From: Podarcis gaigeae | Taxonomy: Eukaryota | DNA length: 64,000 bases | NCBI GenBank assembly: GCA_964106915.2 | Contig: OZ066918.1 | Strand: one strand, 5' to 3' | Shown: positions 25,501 through 37,475 of the stretch, one piece after another | Position numbering within the stretch: the stretch's first letter is position 1 | Layout: each line of letters begins with the position of its first letter | Position numbers and translations under genes: made by a program | The notes under the pieces: model-generated | What the model saw: the letters and a program-made list of their open reading frames with translations, nothing else | Databases searched by the model: none | Told to the model about the DNA's origin: nothing

Positions 25501-25699
25501 TCGCAGCCCTTGGCTCCGTCTCTCCTTTGTTTATAACCACTACCTTTTCTTTGTGTGCATTCTTGTGGTGATGCTTGCAATTGGACTCTACCTCTTCCGT
25601 CTGCGCCGCATCCACCAGAAGCAGTTGCACGTGGCACAGCTGGACCTGCTGTGGCTAGCAGAAGTGGTCCCGCTGCCAGCACAGGAGGCAGCCTCCTGA
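13980..25699 (+). CDS. ENTPD7: Ectonucleoside triphosphate diphosphohydrolase 7 (LALP1; 607 aa, 12 coding exons)
   Basis: join 13980..13987, 15243..15422, 20411..20616, 20743..20893, 22236..22339, 22829..22885, 23262..23410, 23499..23665, 23945..24269, 24351..24436, 24599..24760, 25471..25699 = 1824 nt in frame, all GT-AG. Starts MARISFSCLCPASWHF; apyrase conserved regions DCGSSGSR, CTAGMRLL, ISGKQEG, DMGGASLQ, WTLG; N- and C-terminal TM segments. The 5'UTR part of exon 2 starts at 13886. Confidence 0.97.
15553..16900. mobile_element. Non-autonomous Tc1/mariner-superfamily (Tc2/pogo-like) element, 1348 bp
   Basis: TA|CCGTATTTTCCCCTCTATAACACGCA ... TGCGTGTTATCGAGCGAAAAATACGG|TA terminal inverted repeats with TA target duplication; no transposase ORF; internal ~90-120-bp triplication at ~16420-16770. 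Confidence 0.85.
17130..17330. mobile_element. hAT-like MITE fragments (ggactacaactcccatc family)
   Basis: Internal palindrome ccagatgttgttggactacaa / gatgatgggaactgtagttc. Related copies at ~3850-3890, 6575-6690, 27660-27785, 40815-40930, 41665-41705 and 51445-51585. Confidence 0.55.
18170..18204. repeat. (GT)n microsatellite
   Basis: About 17 GT units preceded by a (CT) tract. Confidence 0.95.
18300..19110 (-). mobile_element. Degenerate LINE ORF2 3' fragment (family uncertain)
   Basis: AT-rich block; minus strand has a decayed HFLRC zinc-knuckle-like remnant (~18662-18682) and an A/C-rich tail region. No intact ORF. Confidence 0.3.
21031..21583 (+). mobile_element. Probable solo LTR (~550 bp) in ENTPD7 intron
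   Basis: Starts TGTAGCAG and ends CTGCTAC(T) (short inverted termini); TATA box CTATAAAAG at 21180 followed by a pyrimidine-rich tract and AATAAA at 21355. TSD not resolvable because an L2 tail abuts the 3' end. Confidence 0.55.
21584..21872 (-). mobile_element. L2 LINE 3' fragment
   Basis: Tail (ACT/AAT)n, then tttctacccgcccatctggctggg...aaggccctc...ctggacctcagtgtccgg, typical of squamate L2 3' ends. Confidence 0.6.
22400..22578 (+). mobile_element. L2-like LINE 3' end with (TAAA)n tail
   Basis: ttgttagctgccctgagcccggcc...gggcggggtat followed by about 11 TAAA units. Confidence 0.6.
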
Positions 25700-26944
25700 G
25701 AAAAGAACTACCTCTCAGCGAACTCTCTCCACTGCCCTATTGGCAGTGGCTTTTAATGGGCCAGAAGCTGTGATTCTCTTGCGGGCTAGTCCAGAATTCT
25801 GCAGGACTCCAGCCCAACCCCAGGGCCTAAACAGTGTCTGCTCAGACTTGCCCCTAACCCAAGCCGCTCAACCCTAATGGACTCTAGATTTTCCTCCGTG
25901 GCTGAAATCCCCAGCCACTGTGGGAGAATCACGCTGCAGGCGCTGTGAGGCAAGGGAAGCTGATCTGTGTTACCCTTGACAGTGGGCAAAAGGCAGCATA
26001 GCTGAAAGTGACCAAAGAAACTTGATTTACTCAGGAAGGGGAGGGAGAAGGACATTGTGTGGCCAGGAACTGGACAGCTCTCCCGCAAAAGGAAAGAAAA
26101 TGGTTCTTTCTGGTGCTTTACTATGAGCACGCCCCCCCCTACTTCTGTTGATGTCTATGATAGGACCAAAAAAGGAGTCGTGCAAACAGGATTCCTTGAG
26201 GGTAAGAAATAACCTTTTTAAAAAATCAAGGCAGATATTTTGCTGCCTTCCTTCACACTCCTCCCCACAAATACATTTTGCACACACTCCTTTCAAATCC
26301 CACATTTACCCATCATTCAGTGTGTCTCAGTGCTGTTGTCCCAGCACTGGGGCTTCCAGCAGTTCCAAGTTTCACAGAAGACCACCTTGAACTGTGGAAC
26401 GCTGTCTCTGGTACTTGTTTTAACAACAACTAGCCCATAAACTCAATCAACTATGGGCTAAGTTAAATTATGAATTTGTTTTCATACTTGAACTCCAGTT
26501 ACTGTAGCAATAAATTATGCTGAACTGTGTAAGCAGAGTTTCTTGATGCTAGTTGTGCTGGAAGCTTGTTGGTTGGTGTAGCTGGTTGGTTTTACTAGCT
26601 GTAAAAACCATGATTTCTCACCTGTGCTCAAGAATGAGAACCAATCTACAATTGTAGGCCAAAGGAAAAGAACTTGCTTTATTGCTGTATGGTCCTGAAC
26701 ACAATAGGGTTACTATCATAAATCCTAGTCTGGAAATTTGCAGTGGCTTAGTTGCTTACACCACCTGGATAGTTTACTGAAGTGCTCCTTGTCAGGAAAC
26801 ACAGACCACTTTTGATTTCCCCCAATACCAATTAGATGCTATGGATAGAGGCTGGAGTATTACCCTGGCTGAATTTCAAGCACTTCTGGGCCCCATATCA
26901 GATGCCTTTAACAAAAGACAAAGAAAGCTCACATACTAAAAAAA

Positions 26945-27451
26945 TTTATTTTCACGATAACAGTTTACACTCAATAAATACAAATACACAACATTATAAA
27001 TAATAGTGGAAGGGGGAATTCTAGGCAAATGCATCCTAGTGCAGCAGCCTCACTGCTAATGGACAACGATAGGGAGAGAACAGATCTATTGGGTGAGCAT
27101 CACCATGTAAATGTAAGGAAGGTGTCTTGTATCTTGCCCAAGAGGGTGTTCCAGAGCTCCATCAGCAATTATTCAATCTTAGCGTTCATTACAGGACTTT
27201 CAAAATGCAAACATTTTCCCTAACTGCCACAAGAGGGACATTTCGTTACAACATCAAACCCAAGAGCAGATGCCACCAAGATGCATCAGTTAAAACAAGT
27301 GGGAGATGGTTAAACAAGTGAAATGGTCCCTTCATATGTTTGGGTCTTGGCTCTACTGCTGTGGGGAAATTTAGAGTGCAAACAAAAGATCCGTTGAGTT
27401 AGTACTGGAAAGGACAAGGGGTGGAGCTGTTATCTAGCATCAGAAGGAAGC
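26945..27451 (-). other. ATP6V0E2: ATP6V0E2 terminal non-coding exon (3' UTR) with polyA signal
   Basis: Acceptor ctttttctctttttcctAG (plus-strand 27452-27470); AATAAA on - at 26945-26950; upstream donor CAG|GTACTT with the exon ending at 27943. Confidence 0.7.
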
Positions 27452-27970
27452 CTAGGAAAAAGAGAAAAAGATTTCTTAGTATAGACCTTACCCCAGCAGG
27501 ATAGAAGATATCTGGGAACAATCAACCTGTTGCCCTTTCAGTGAGATTTACCATAGCTACCTTTTACATACAATGAGAAAGTGACCTGTCCTATAGAACC
27601 ACAGAGTGGCAACACTATTGGAGACAGATTACAGGTACCTTTCTGGTTCTATTGGTTAAGCCAGGGATGGGACCTGTGATTCCAATGTGGCTTGACTAGG
27701 ATCCCTGACTGGCTATACTGGCTTGGGCTAATAGGAGTCAGAATCCAATAATATCTAGAGAACCATAAGTTCCCCATCCCTGGGCTATGCCATTGACAGG
27801 TGAGTCGGGTAAGGAACCCAGGATGGGAATCTTTGTAAACTGGAAGCAAGCAGATTCCTTGTTCTTACAAGCTATTAATGAGTTGCATCTAATGTATTTG
27901 TGTTAGTAAGGTAGGTTAGGTAGCGCTGGATAGAGAAAGTACCTGTTGAATTGGTTGATAGTGGTGCAGT

Positions 27971-29709
27971 TCACTCCCACAGGAAGCGCACATACCAGAT
28001 GGTCTCATTCTTCAGCTGGGGTCCAAACAGTGGGTTGGCCTGGGCCAGGAGTGCTATAAGCCAGCTGCAAGGGAAAGATAGGAAGGAGACATATAAACTG
28101 GATCACAACTCCTGCACTAGTGCTGAAATACAAAAAGTCATATTTTGCAAGTAACTGCTAGGTCATTTTTGCAAGTAACGGTTATTCTTATAAAGAGGAC
28201 AGTGTCACTGTAGGAGGGATATACAATCTAGGGAGCAAGGTCTTCTAGTTCTTTAAATGTACTACAAGGAGATAAGATCTGCCCTGGTGCATTATGCCCG
28301 AGTGTGTGTAGCTTAGCATAACAGCTGAGTCAGACAGGATGTTAGGGCAGCTAGAACAGTCTAGTGCTTTGGTGTATGACCAGAGATGGTCTAAGGTTTG
28401 TTATGGGATGCAAAATCCACTCCTTGTTCATATATGGGGTCCTGGGAGCATCATGCATGAATGATGCTAGGACATATTGGAAGAGACAGTGTACCATGAT
28501 CCAAGATTACCCAAAAGCTTATTTTATGAAAGAGAGGCAGGCTGTTTATGCACCTATGTGTAGAATAAGGACCTGGCAACTGTGAAGCAACTTGAGCATC
28601 TCCAAGGTGGTGTATACAGGAGAACTTCTTCTATTTGGGATTCCTTCCTAGATTCCCAATATTCATGAAGCAGCCACTTAGATAAAGTTATGAGGGTGGT
28701 TGGTTTCCTGCTGGGTACAACCCAGCCCTACACCCACAACCCATCTCCCCTATGCAATACTCACAAGAGATAGCAGGAAATGGCTGTAGTCACCAACATG
28801 GTAATAATTACTCTGTGAAGTGAAAAAATGAAAAAGAAAAAAGACTGAGTAAAGCTGCAAGCCTAACCCTACTTACCTGAGAGTAAACCCCACTGAATAT
28901 ATTAGGAATTACTTCTGAGTAGCCATGGATAGGATTGTGCTGTTACTGAAACAGTCAAGCAGGTCACACAGGAGAAAGGATTCCCAGATCAGGCACTCCT
29001 CAACGCTCTTTCTCCCTGCTCCCACACCCGGACCCCTATATACCATGTTCATAAGAGAAAAATACCCTAGCCCAGCCCTTTGGCTGCTATACTAGTTTGC
29101 TATTTGCAGGGTCGCTGGTGTTTCCAACGCGAGGTAGCACTCATAAATGTGATTCGCCCCCACTTGGCAGTCTGAAGCGATGCAAAGTCCCCTGTTCACA
29201 GCATCCGTGGATCAGGCCTCCTTCAAGGCCAAAGGCGGCTGCGGAGAAGGAAAGCCTGCGAGTGTCGCACTTGCGGGGGAAGCGGGTGCTGGTCCCTGCT
29301 AAAGATTTTGTGTGTGTCATGTCATCTCCCAATATATCAATATCTCTATATAGTGATCTTTTTGGATATATAGGTCATTCTCACATATCTATCTATCATC
29401 TATCTATCTATCTATCTATCTGTAAATCAATCTGTCAATCAATCATCTATCTAGATATAGATATTCTCAAAGCCTTTAGCAGGGACCACCATCACCCTTC
29501 CCTCGCAATTATAGATCACAATGCATATATTGATCTATTTGGCGATGACCGAGAGACCTGGCGACGGATCGGGCGGGCGGAGGCTGCGCGGGCGGGGAGC
29601 CTCACCCGCGGTTGGGCCCCTTGGGCACGAGCCACGGCCCGGCGATTCCCACGAGCCCCCAGAAGACGGAGAAGAGGATGATCGGCAGCGCGAAGCTGTG
29701 CGCCGTCAT
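27971..29709 (-). CDS. ATP6V0E2: V-type proton ATPase subunit e2 (81 aa, 3 coding exons); absent from the ORF track
   Basis: complement(join 29606..29709, 28765..28812, 27971..28064) = 246 nt, GT-AG introns: [35 protein letters not shown]|[16 protein letters not shown]|[31 protein letters not shown]-terminal MTAHSFALP and C-terminal YVRFLWE are the e2 rather than e1 signatures. Has its own CpG island at 29.5-30.0 kb. Confidence 0.95.
29386..29455. repeat. (TATC)n/(TCAA)n microsatellite
   Basis: Imperfect tetranucleotide run in ATP6V0E2 intron 1. Confidence 0.85.
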
Positions 29710-30030
29710 AGCGAGGCAGGTTGGGAGCGACTGACGGGATGAAGGACAAGAAGCCGCCGCCGCCGAGACCGCAAGAAGAGTGAGTCTCCGCTCCTCCCCC
29801 TGTCTCTTCCTTCGCTTCTGGTCCGGTCCGCAACCAATCAGAACTCCGTGCGCGCCCCCCGGTGTTTTTCCCCCTTCGCCACCCCGTATTTTGGAGCCTC
29901 GGTTCCGAATGGAGCTGCCTGTGTCATACCGCCCCCTGCTGCCTCGGAGGGTGTATTGCGAGGAGCGGAGAAGGCAGGTCGAATCTTACTAGAGCTGTTG
30001 CAGGCATGGGCATCGTATAGGCGTCCACTG
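29710..30030 (-). promoter_or_regulatory. ATP6V0E2 CpG-island promoter/5'UTR
   Basis: CpG-rich; CCAAT at 29834; GC-box-like motifs directly upstream of the ATG. Confidence 0.65.
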
Positions 30031-31370
30031 GGGTTGGGGTAATTGCTCCCTCTAATGAGCCATGATCACCAGATTTACAGGTTTCTACTCCCCACCCCCC
30101 GCTCTACAGAAAGGTTATAAAATTTGTAGACCCAGATATGAACAAAAATGTGCAGGCACCAATCTTCACCTCTATTTTGTGAGAAAACTTACCCCTCCAA
30201 CCTTTCATGGTTTCTATCCATTTTAGACCACTACTTAAAATATACAAAAAATCCTCTAAGTGGTGTACAGAAAACAAGCTGATCAGAAAATTTTACGAAT
30301 ATGATGTTATGTATAAAAATGTTGCATTACTGCAACATAACTAATACATAGAAACCAGTATCAGTTCCTTCTCCTTCTGACACCCATCCCCTCTCAGTAT
30401 CCGGGCTCTCAAAAAGCGCATTCATTGGTTTCTAGCTAATGAATGAAGCAATGGATGACATTAAGGAAACTAGATCTAGCCAATTTAATACTTGAGTGAA
30501 ACACCTGTGTCTCCGCTCTTGGGTTTGGTTTAAAACCTTTTATGCTGGTCTTCACTGCTGGTGAAGTGAATGCTACCCCACTGAAAACAATTCAGGTATC
30601 CAATACTGGCAAGTAATGTATAAAAGAAAAATGTAGCAGCAAAGACAGTAAGTAGTCCATCATCTTTCAAAGTCACATTTCATAGCAACCCCCCCCCCCG
30701 CCCCCACATCTGCAAACACTTTAAAAGATACTCTGCTGACAACCTGCCATAATTATACCAATATTGAAGCAGGCTGGGCTGGGGCTGATTTCATGTTAGG
30801 CTCATTTTGCCGAGAGGCAGCGGTAGGGAACTGCAGTAGTGTAGTACAACTCTGAATTGTAGGGTACATGATAGGGCTTTTTAGGGAAATGAAGCAAAGT
30901 GGGAGTGTGAAGTTGAGTTCGGGAAAGAATTAAGGGCTTCAGCAATGAGTGAAAAGCCATCTACCCATTGTAGCAGGTCAACCCACTGAGAAGGAAAGGG
31001 ATAAATATGTAATACAAGTTTCTCAGGGTTCTACCCAAGTCTAGGAAGTCACCTGATCCACCAGAATTGTTAGCTATGTTCTCTGCTGCTAGTTATGTTT
31101 ATTTACTCATTTGCAACATTTACTCTCCCCCTCCCCTCCCCAGAAAAAATCCTTTGTGGATATTGATGTTAATGAAACGTGTTCCAAATCAACCCACTCA
31201 TGTGCCTGCTTGAAAGCTGCCACAGGCATCTGGTTGGCCACTGAGAACAGGATGATGGACTTGATGGGGCCTTTGGTTTGCTGCAGCAGAGTTTCTTATG
31301 AAGGTACATTGCATAGGGACATTGTAAGAACAGTCAGTTTTAAAATACTGAGAAATATTGAGAAACTTTT

Positions 31371-31376
31371 TTTATT
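31371..31376 (-). terminator. Candidate COX15 polyadenylation signal
   Basis: AATAAA on - about 550 nt after the stop; a second one at ~31098. Confidence 0.55.
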
Positions 31377-31925
31377 AAATAAGGAAAGGATTGTGGGTCT
31401 TCTGCATGGTTAAATTACAGTGCACATTTCAATATTCTAATGCAAACAATTGCACTCAAAAAATTGCACTCAAACCCCATTCTGCTAAAGAAAATCCACA
31501 AACTATGCCACCCATCACCCTTATAATAGTTTTGAAATGCCTTCATTTGCTGTTCATCCAAATTTCTAGGCCCACTCACCCCATAATCCGTTGTCTATAT
31601 CATGCCTACACAGAATGTAAAAGGCTCATGGCTTTAGCCTCATACAGACAGCTCAGCAGGAAGCGAGACACACCTCAAATGACCATCATTCTTGCCAGAG
31701 CCCACCTTGTCAACATCACACCTTAAGCAAAGCATGGTGATTCATGTTCACCAAGTTTTGCAACAAATCAGTTGAACTCATGACGTCAAGGTGCTGCTCA
31801 GCCTCGCCTTCTGTTCAAATTAAGGCTTTCAGGAAGAGGAGCATACAACACGTGGGGCAAAGGCAGCAACAGCAACCGTGAACCTTCAGCACTAGCAAAG
31901 AGGCTGGCTAAATAGAGAAGCAGCG

Positions 31926-32440
31926 TTATTTTGGGATCCGCTTCAGTTCATGCATCAGCCACAACGCCACACTGAGCAATACCAAGGAACCTGATTGATG
32001 AGTGGCTGCTAAAGGAGTTGGGACATACAGGAGAAGTGTGCTGATGCCCAGGGTAACCTGCAGAGAAGCAAGAATAAAATGAAGTTTCAGATGTAAGCAA
32101 AGTTTGCTTACAAGTATACCTGAAATGTAGAAGTATGTGCAAATACATCTGCATCGTATTCTTATAGCACAGAATTATACACAAAAGCTTCATAAGCAAT
32201 TGGTATGGGGATTTTTATATGTTCTGTCTCTCCCCCACTGTAAATAACCTGCTACAGGATGAGGTAGCTGTCATAGTGCTTCATGATACAATGCTAATGA
32301 AACTGCACTGATGTTCCCCCTTTGCCTTCTCAGTTTAAACCCAGAAGCCAGAGAAGGGCAGTGACCATAGCACTGTGCAATATTTCCACAGAAGAGCACG
32401 ACTGCAGCTCTATTTCCTCCCTTTGTTCTTCAAAGCCAAA

Positions 32441-32475
<35 letters not shown>

Positions 32476-35400
32476 ATATTGGTCCCCACCAATTTTAGTT
32501 TTAAATACCTGAGACCAGCAACCAAGATAGCATTATCAGTGACAAGAAGGCAGGCACCTACCTGGAAGGAAGGAGAAACTTGCCATTCCATTAGAGGACA
32601 CTACTGAGTGACAACTAAAAGGGTGTTTTAAAGGGCATAGTTAATACCTGGAGGTATGCCACAGCCAGTAAGGAAGCAACTGCCATCCTTGTCCTCCGTG
32701 GGAGAGGAATCCTCCGGGAAAACAGGTACAGACCTGTAATGGCTGTGACAGAGGAAACTCCCTAAAGGGAAAAGAGTAAATATCAGTGAGGGAACCAGAG
32801 AAGCTTTGCAATGACAACAAAGGGTTTAGAAGTGGAGTTGGAAGGGATCTTAAAAGGTCATTGCAGGAACCTCACTACTACAGCATCCCTGACCATCCAG
32901 CCTCTGAAAAAGAGTCCATCACTTCTGGGGCGGTCTGCTCCTCTTTCAAACAACTCATATCATCATTATGTACTCCTTAATGTTTAGACTAACCCCCCCC
33001 CCTTTTGTAACTTGCACCCTTTAATTAGAGACAGTGGAGATGGAAACCAGTACTTTAGGCATGTAAGCAAGTGCTCTACTCTGAGTTAAGAGTGTGCCTT
33101 CCCACACTCCCAGTTACACTGCCACCTGGAATGAACACAAACCCAAGAACAGCAAACCAATTAAAAAGAGGTGTTATCTAAGAGCATAAAGAGGAAGAAA
33201 CATACCAGAATCCTGTGATCAAACTGCACAGTTGTGGGATTCTCAAATATGTTCTTCAACTTTGGGGAAAAGGCAAGGAGATCATCAGGGATCCAGCGTT
33301 CCCCCATCTTGGGAAATGAATTGTATACAAGACCAGCATCCAGTCCTGCCACAAATGCCCCTAGAGTTCCAGAGAAGAGAGTCTGTCACACCTGGAAGTA
33401 TGAATGTAATAGAACAAGCCACCTAAAAACCATCACGGTGGGTGTTTCAGGTTCTTCCCTCAAGGCCACAAAACAGTTCCCAGTGATGTTGTCTGACCAG
33501 CATGAAGAGGAAGCATTTCAGTAACCTGGAATTGAAAACGTCTAGACCCTCCCAATGGGAAATCAAGCAAGAAACACACATCCCTGACCATGCTGCCTAT
33601 TGCTTCTCAAAAGAAAGAGATTGGTGCAAAAGTGACAGGGACTTTTACCTGAGAGGGCAGTGAGAAAGATCAGGCCTGATGTTCCATGAGCAAACCTTCT
33701 GAGGCGCAGGAGTTGACGGGTTTCTGGTAACTGTCAAAACAGGAGGAGGATCACAAGAATATGCAATGGCCTTTTTATATATTCTAAAGGGAGTATGTGC
33801 AAAGGAAACTAGTGTTCCATAGGGTCAGCATATATACACATTTCCAATAAGACTCCTGACTGAAGAGGAACTTATTTATTTCTCTCTCAATGGCTGCATG
33901 GCCCTTAATGGACATGGCTTACATCCAATTATATCTATGAACCCAAATCTACCAAATTTTATAGACATCACCAGGCGTTCTTGGAAGCAGTCAGATAGCA
34001 TCTGCATGCTTGATTTAATCCTGCTGTCAAGTCACCATACCCAGGACCAGATCCACAGGCCCCAGAAGCATCTACTGCCTGGATGTGTAGGGCAAAAGTG
34101 CATGGCTCCCTCTATGCATGGGAGTGTCAGTGCTAACAGAGTTCTTGACTGGTAAGCTTTGGTGGTGTTTCCAGGAACGTTATCTCTTTGACATTTCCCA
34201 AGATTTGTAATTTTCCTCTTCTAGGCTGATCACATATAGCATACAGTGGCAGTTTGGTCTGCACAGTGGCAGTGTGCCTCCCTCCAAAGGTGCAATTGGT
34301 GTACAGGCTTTCTTGGCCCAACTGGGACTCCATACATGCCCCCGGTCTGCCTCACTCTTCGCTTACCTTGTGCTGCGGCAGCAGTAATGAGAGTCCAGTC
34401 CACAGGCTGTAGCAGTAAAGAACAAGCGCAGAGCCCAGGTGTGCGGCTAGACGGTACTGACTGACCCGTGGGATATCATGAGAGTCTGGCTTTTCCTCTA
34501 ATCCACTTTTTACCATATACCATCCCAATAGGCCCTGCCAAAACAAAGAAAAAGTACCATAGAGGCATGAAACTAAGACCACTTTTGCTCCTGCCAATAT
34601 CATGTACATTCTCTTCCAAGGAACTAAGATCTAACAACACTCCAAGCTCCATGATCTGAAGCTTCTGCTGGGCTTCTGTGCAGCAGAGACCTAAGATCAC
34701 ATACAAATCAGCTCCTGAAGCGTGCAAAGGATCAATGCCTTTCATGTTCTATCTCAGTTATCTTGGGCAGAGTAATTTAATGATTCATTTAACAATTTCA
34801 AGGTCCCAGTGATCTTTCCTACCTGGAAGCAGACAAGTCCACAGAGGGCAACGACACGACCCTTCAGGGACCGGTTGAGGTAACCCTTCCTCCAGAAGTA
34901 AGCTGCTGGAAGGATGTAAGCCAGTCCAACAAGCCGTCCCCACATTCGGTGTGAATACTCCATGTACCAGATGAATTTGAACTCTGTCAGCGTCATGTTG
35001 TGGTTCAGGCTGTTAAGATTCAGAGAGAAGGTTTATAAAACAACAACAAACCCTGCAGTAAGGTGTAGTTGCCCATTCCCCTCTTTCCTTGAGAAGTTCT
35101 ATCAAGAAGTAGCATTCAAGATACTCTTTTTTTCTCATTTCCCTTTTGCTGGGATAGTAGACTAGGCTTCCCCCACCACCACCAATTTAAATTTAGTCTC
35201 TAGGAACTTTGTTCAACCCATGCCTACATTTTAAATTCTGGGAATTGCTGGTAGTTTTGGAATTCTGCTTCCCACTCCTGCTGTGTCCGAGGAGGCTTCA
35301 TCTCCCGCACGAGATGCCAGTCAACCATTGAAAGCCCAGACTCTGTCAGCCTGAAAAGGAAAGAACAGCAATGACATACCACTGAGGGAAGGTGCTATCA

Positions 35401-37216
35401 ATGTGGCATATAATGGTGTGTGCATGTGTATCCATCTATCTAGAAAAGCAGAATGAAGACACAATGGGAAAATTTAGACACTGGGGGCAATGCAGATGCA
35501 AAGTCTGACTACACACAAAACATACCGGTCATCAATTCGATGCAAATATATATTGTTTACAATGCATTTATAAATTAAGGGTAAACACAGGCATTCAAAG
35601 GGCAGAGAGATACCAGAAGTTAGTTTAGGCCCACACACTGGTATGACCAAGAGGAAGCAATGCACCTAGGAAGATCTCTGCTGGTTGCAGAAAGATACAA
35701 TCTATGACAGTTGGAGAACCATAGTGTCAAGGGTAAATAAAATATAGTAAAGGCTTGAAGAGGAGGTGCTAATTTTCCTTACCTAGTGACTCCACCCAAC
35801 ACCACAGCTCCGGCCACAGTCCCACTGCATATTAGAAGCCAGCGCCCTACAGCCCGGTTGGTCACAGCACTGGGGACAGGTGGTACCACCACTCTGGGAT
35901 GGGAAGCAACTTCTGACACTACGCTGTGTTGTGACCGTCTCTGTGGGAGCTGCCACCACCGTTGGCATTGCTGAGGACAGAGAAGGTAGTGAGGAGCCTG
36001 TTTATAATTATGCCACCCCACTAAACATACATTTGCAATTCAAGATATGGAAGAGGAGAATTACTCAAGATGAATGAACTCTCTTTACTGTAAAGAGTTC
36101 ACACCTGTGTTCACTACATCAGAAAGGTTGTATTCAGTGCCAGACATTATTCTACAAAATGCAAGGACAAGGATAAAGGACCAGATCATCAATGATGCAA
36201 GCACAGAAAAACTGGACAACAGGAATTCACTGAGATGCTCAGCAAAACTTATTTTTATTTTCAATATGTTCATATGTGTCCTGCTTGTGGAATATGCAGA
36301 AGCATTTGGCTGGCCACCATTAGCAGGTTTTCATATGTTATTAAAACGCTGAAAGCATATGGAGGGGAAAGTGTTCATGTTTTTACAGGGCCTGTGTCCA
36401 TGTAATAAAATGTGATATATTCATAACTGTTATTTTATTTGTTTAAAACATGTATACACTACTCCTCATCTAGGTGGGACCAGAGTAGTTCATGGTATAG
36501 AACCTTAAAAAAAATATCCTATGAAACATTATACCTCTTGTTAAAGTTATATATAAAGAGAGAGAAAGCCTGCAACTTACACATTTAACTGGTGCACATT
36601 TAGCTATACACGCTTGGCAATTAAAAAAATAATTAAAAAGAGACCAAGCGTCCAAGGAAAAAGACTTTGACAATCCCAACTGCCATTGAACCTAATGTGT
36701 TTTGACTATCTGTGAATTATGATTTCGGCATGATTCCCAGAATGTAACTTGTAGGTATACAAGTGAAATATTTTGGCAGTCACCGAAACTCCTAGAGAAA
36801 CAAGTTTTCAGTCTGCTCCCTTTAACGTGTCTGCTTGTGACAGGTGTAGACAATAGAGTCTGTAGTTTTCTTGAATATCCACCCATAATTAGAGTTCCCC
36901 ACGTGGAAATGAGGTAGCATTGATTAGCACCTCCCACAGTGCAAAGGATACATAAAGGCGGAAACTCCTGGCATTTTCCCCAGCAGCGTCTCTTAGCGAG
37001 CGTGATAGCAGGTACGCAGCCTGCTCGCAAGCCTAAGAAACGAGGAGCCGCGGGGGGTCGCTTCGTTTTGCAACCATCGGCCGATAGAGGCATCTTTGGC
37101 CCGGTCCCCGTTGCTATGGAAACCAAGCGCCGCCCCTGGAGTACCTGGCCGGGGGACCCCGTTCCTCGTGGGGCCAGCAGCAGCCGGGACCCTCTTAGTG
37201 CCGCCCGCAAGAGCAT
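31926..37216 (-). CDS. COX15: Heme A synthase COX15 (406 aa, 9 exons)
   Basis: complement(join 37145..37216, 35783..35970, 35228..35350, 34823..35009, 34367..34534, 33649..33730, 33206..33360, 32648..32761, 31926..32057) = 1221 nt in frame. Motifs [41 protein letters not shown]; Arg/Leu-rich mitochondrial presequence. Confidence 0.96.
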
Positions 37217-37475
37217 CGCTCCTCAAGCTGCAACCCGGAAGCGACTCGCTCTTGACACGGAAAGGAATCCGAGCTATTTCCGGAAACGCCGCGACCGCGC
37301 ACTCGGTGACCGCGACGCCACGTGACAGGTAGGACGGCGTCTCCTCTCGCGTGTGCGCCGCCGCCGCGCGGGATCCGAGGCCCCAGGGGTGGGCGGGGCT
37401 TCCTCCTCAGCTCAGGGGTGGTTTGGCGCAGAACTGCCGACATCCGCCGCGCCTCCGGAGCGGCCCCGAGGCGGA
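37217..37475. promoter_or_regulatory. Bidirectional COX15/CUTC CpG-island promoter
   Basis: Start codons 260 bp apart head-to-head; ETS/GABP CCGGAA at 37235 and within palindromic TTTCCGGAAA 37277-37286; E-box CCACGTGAC 37318-37326; GC box GGGCGGGG at ~37391. Confidence 0.8.
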
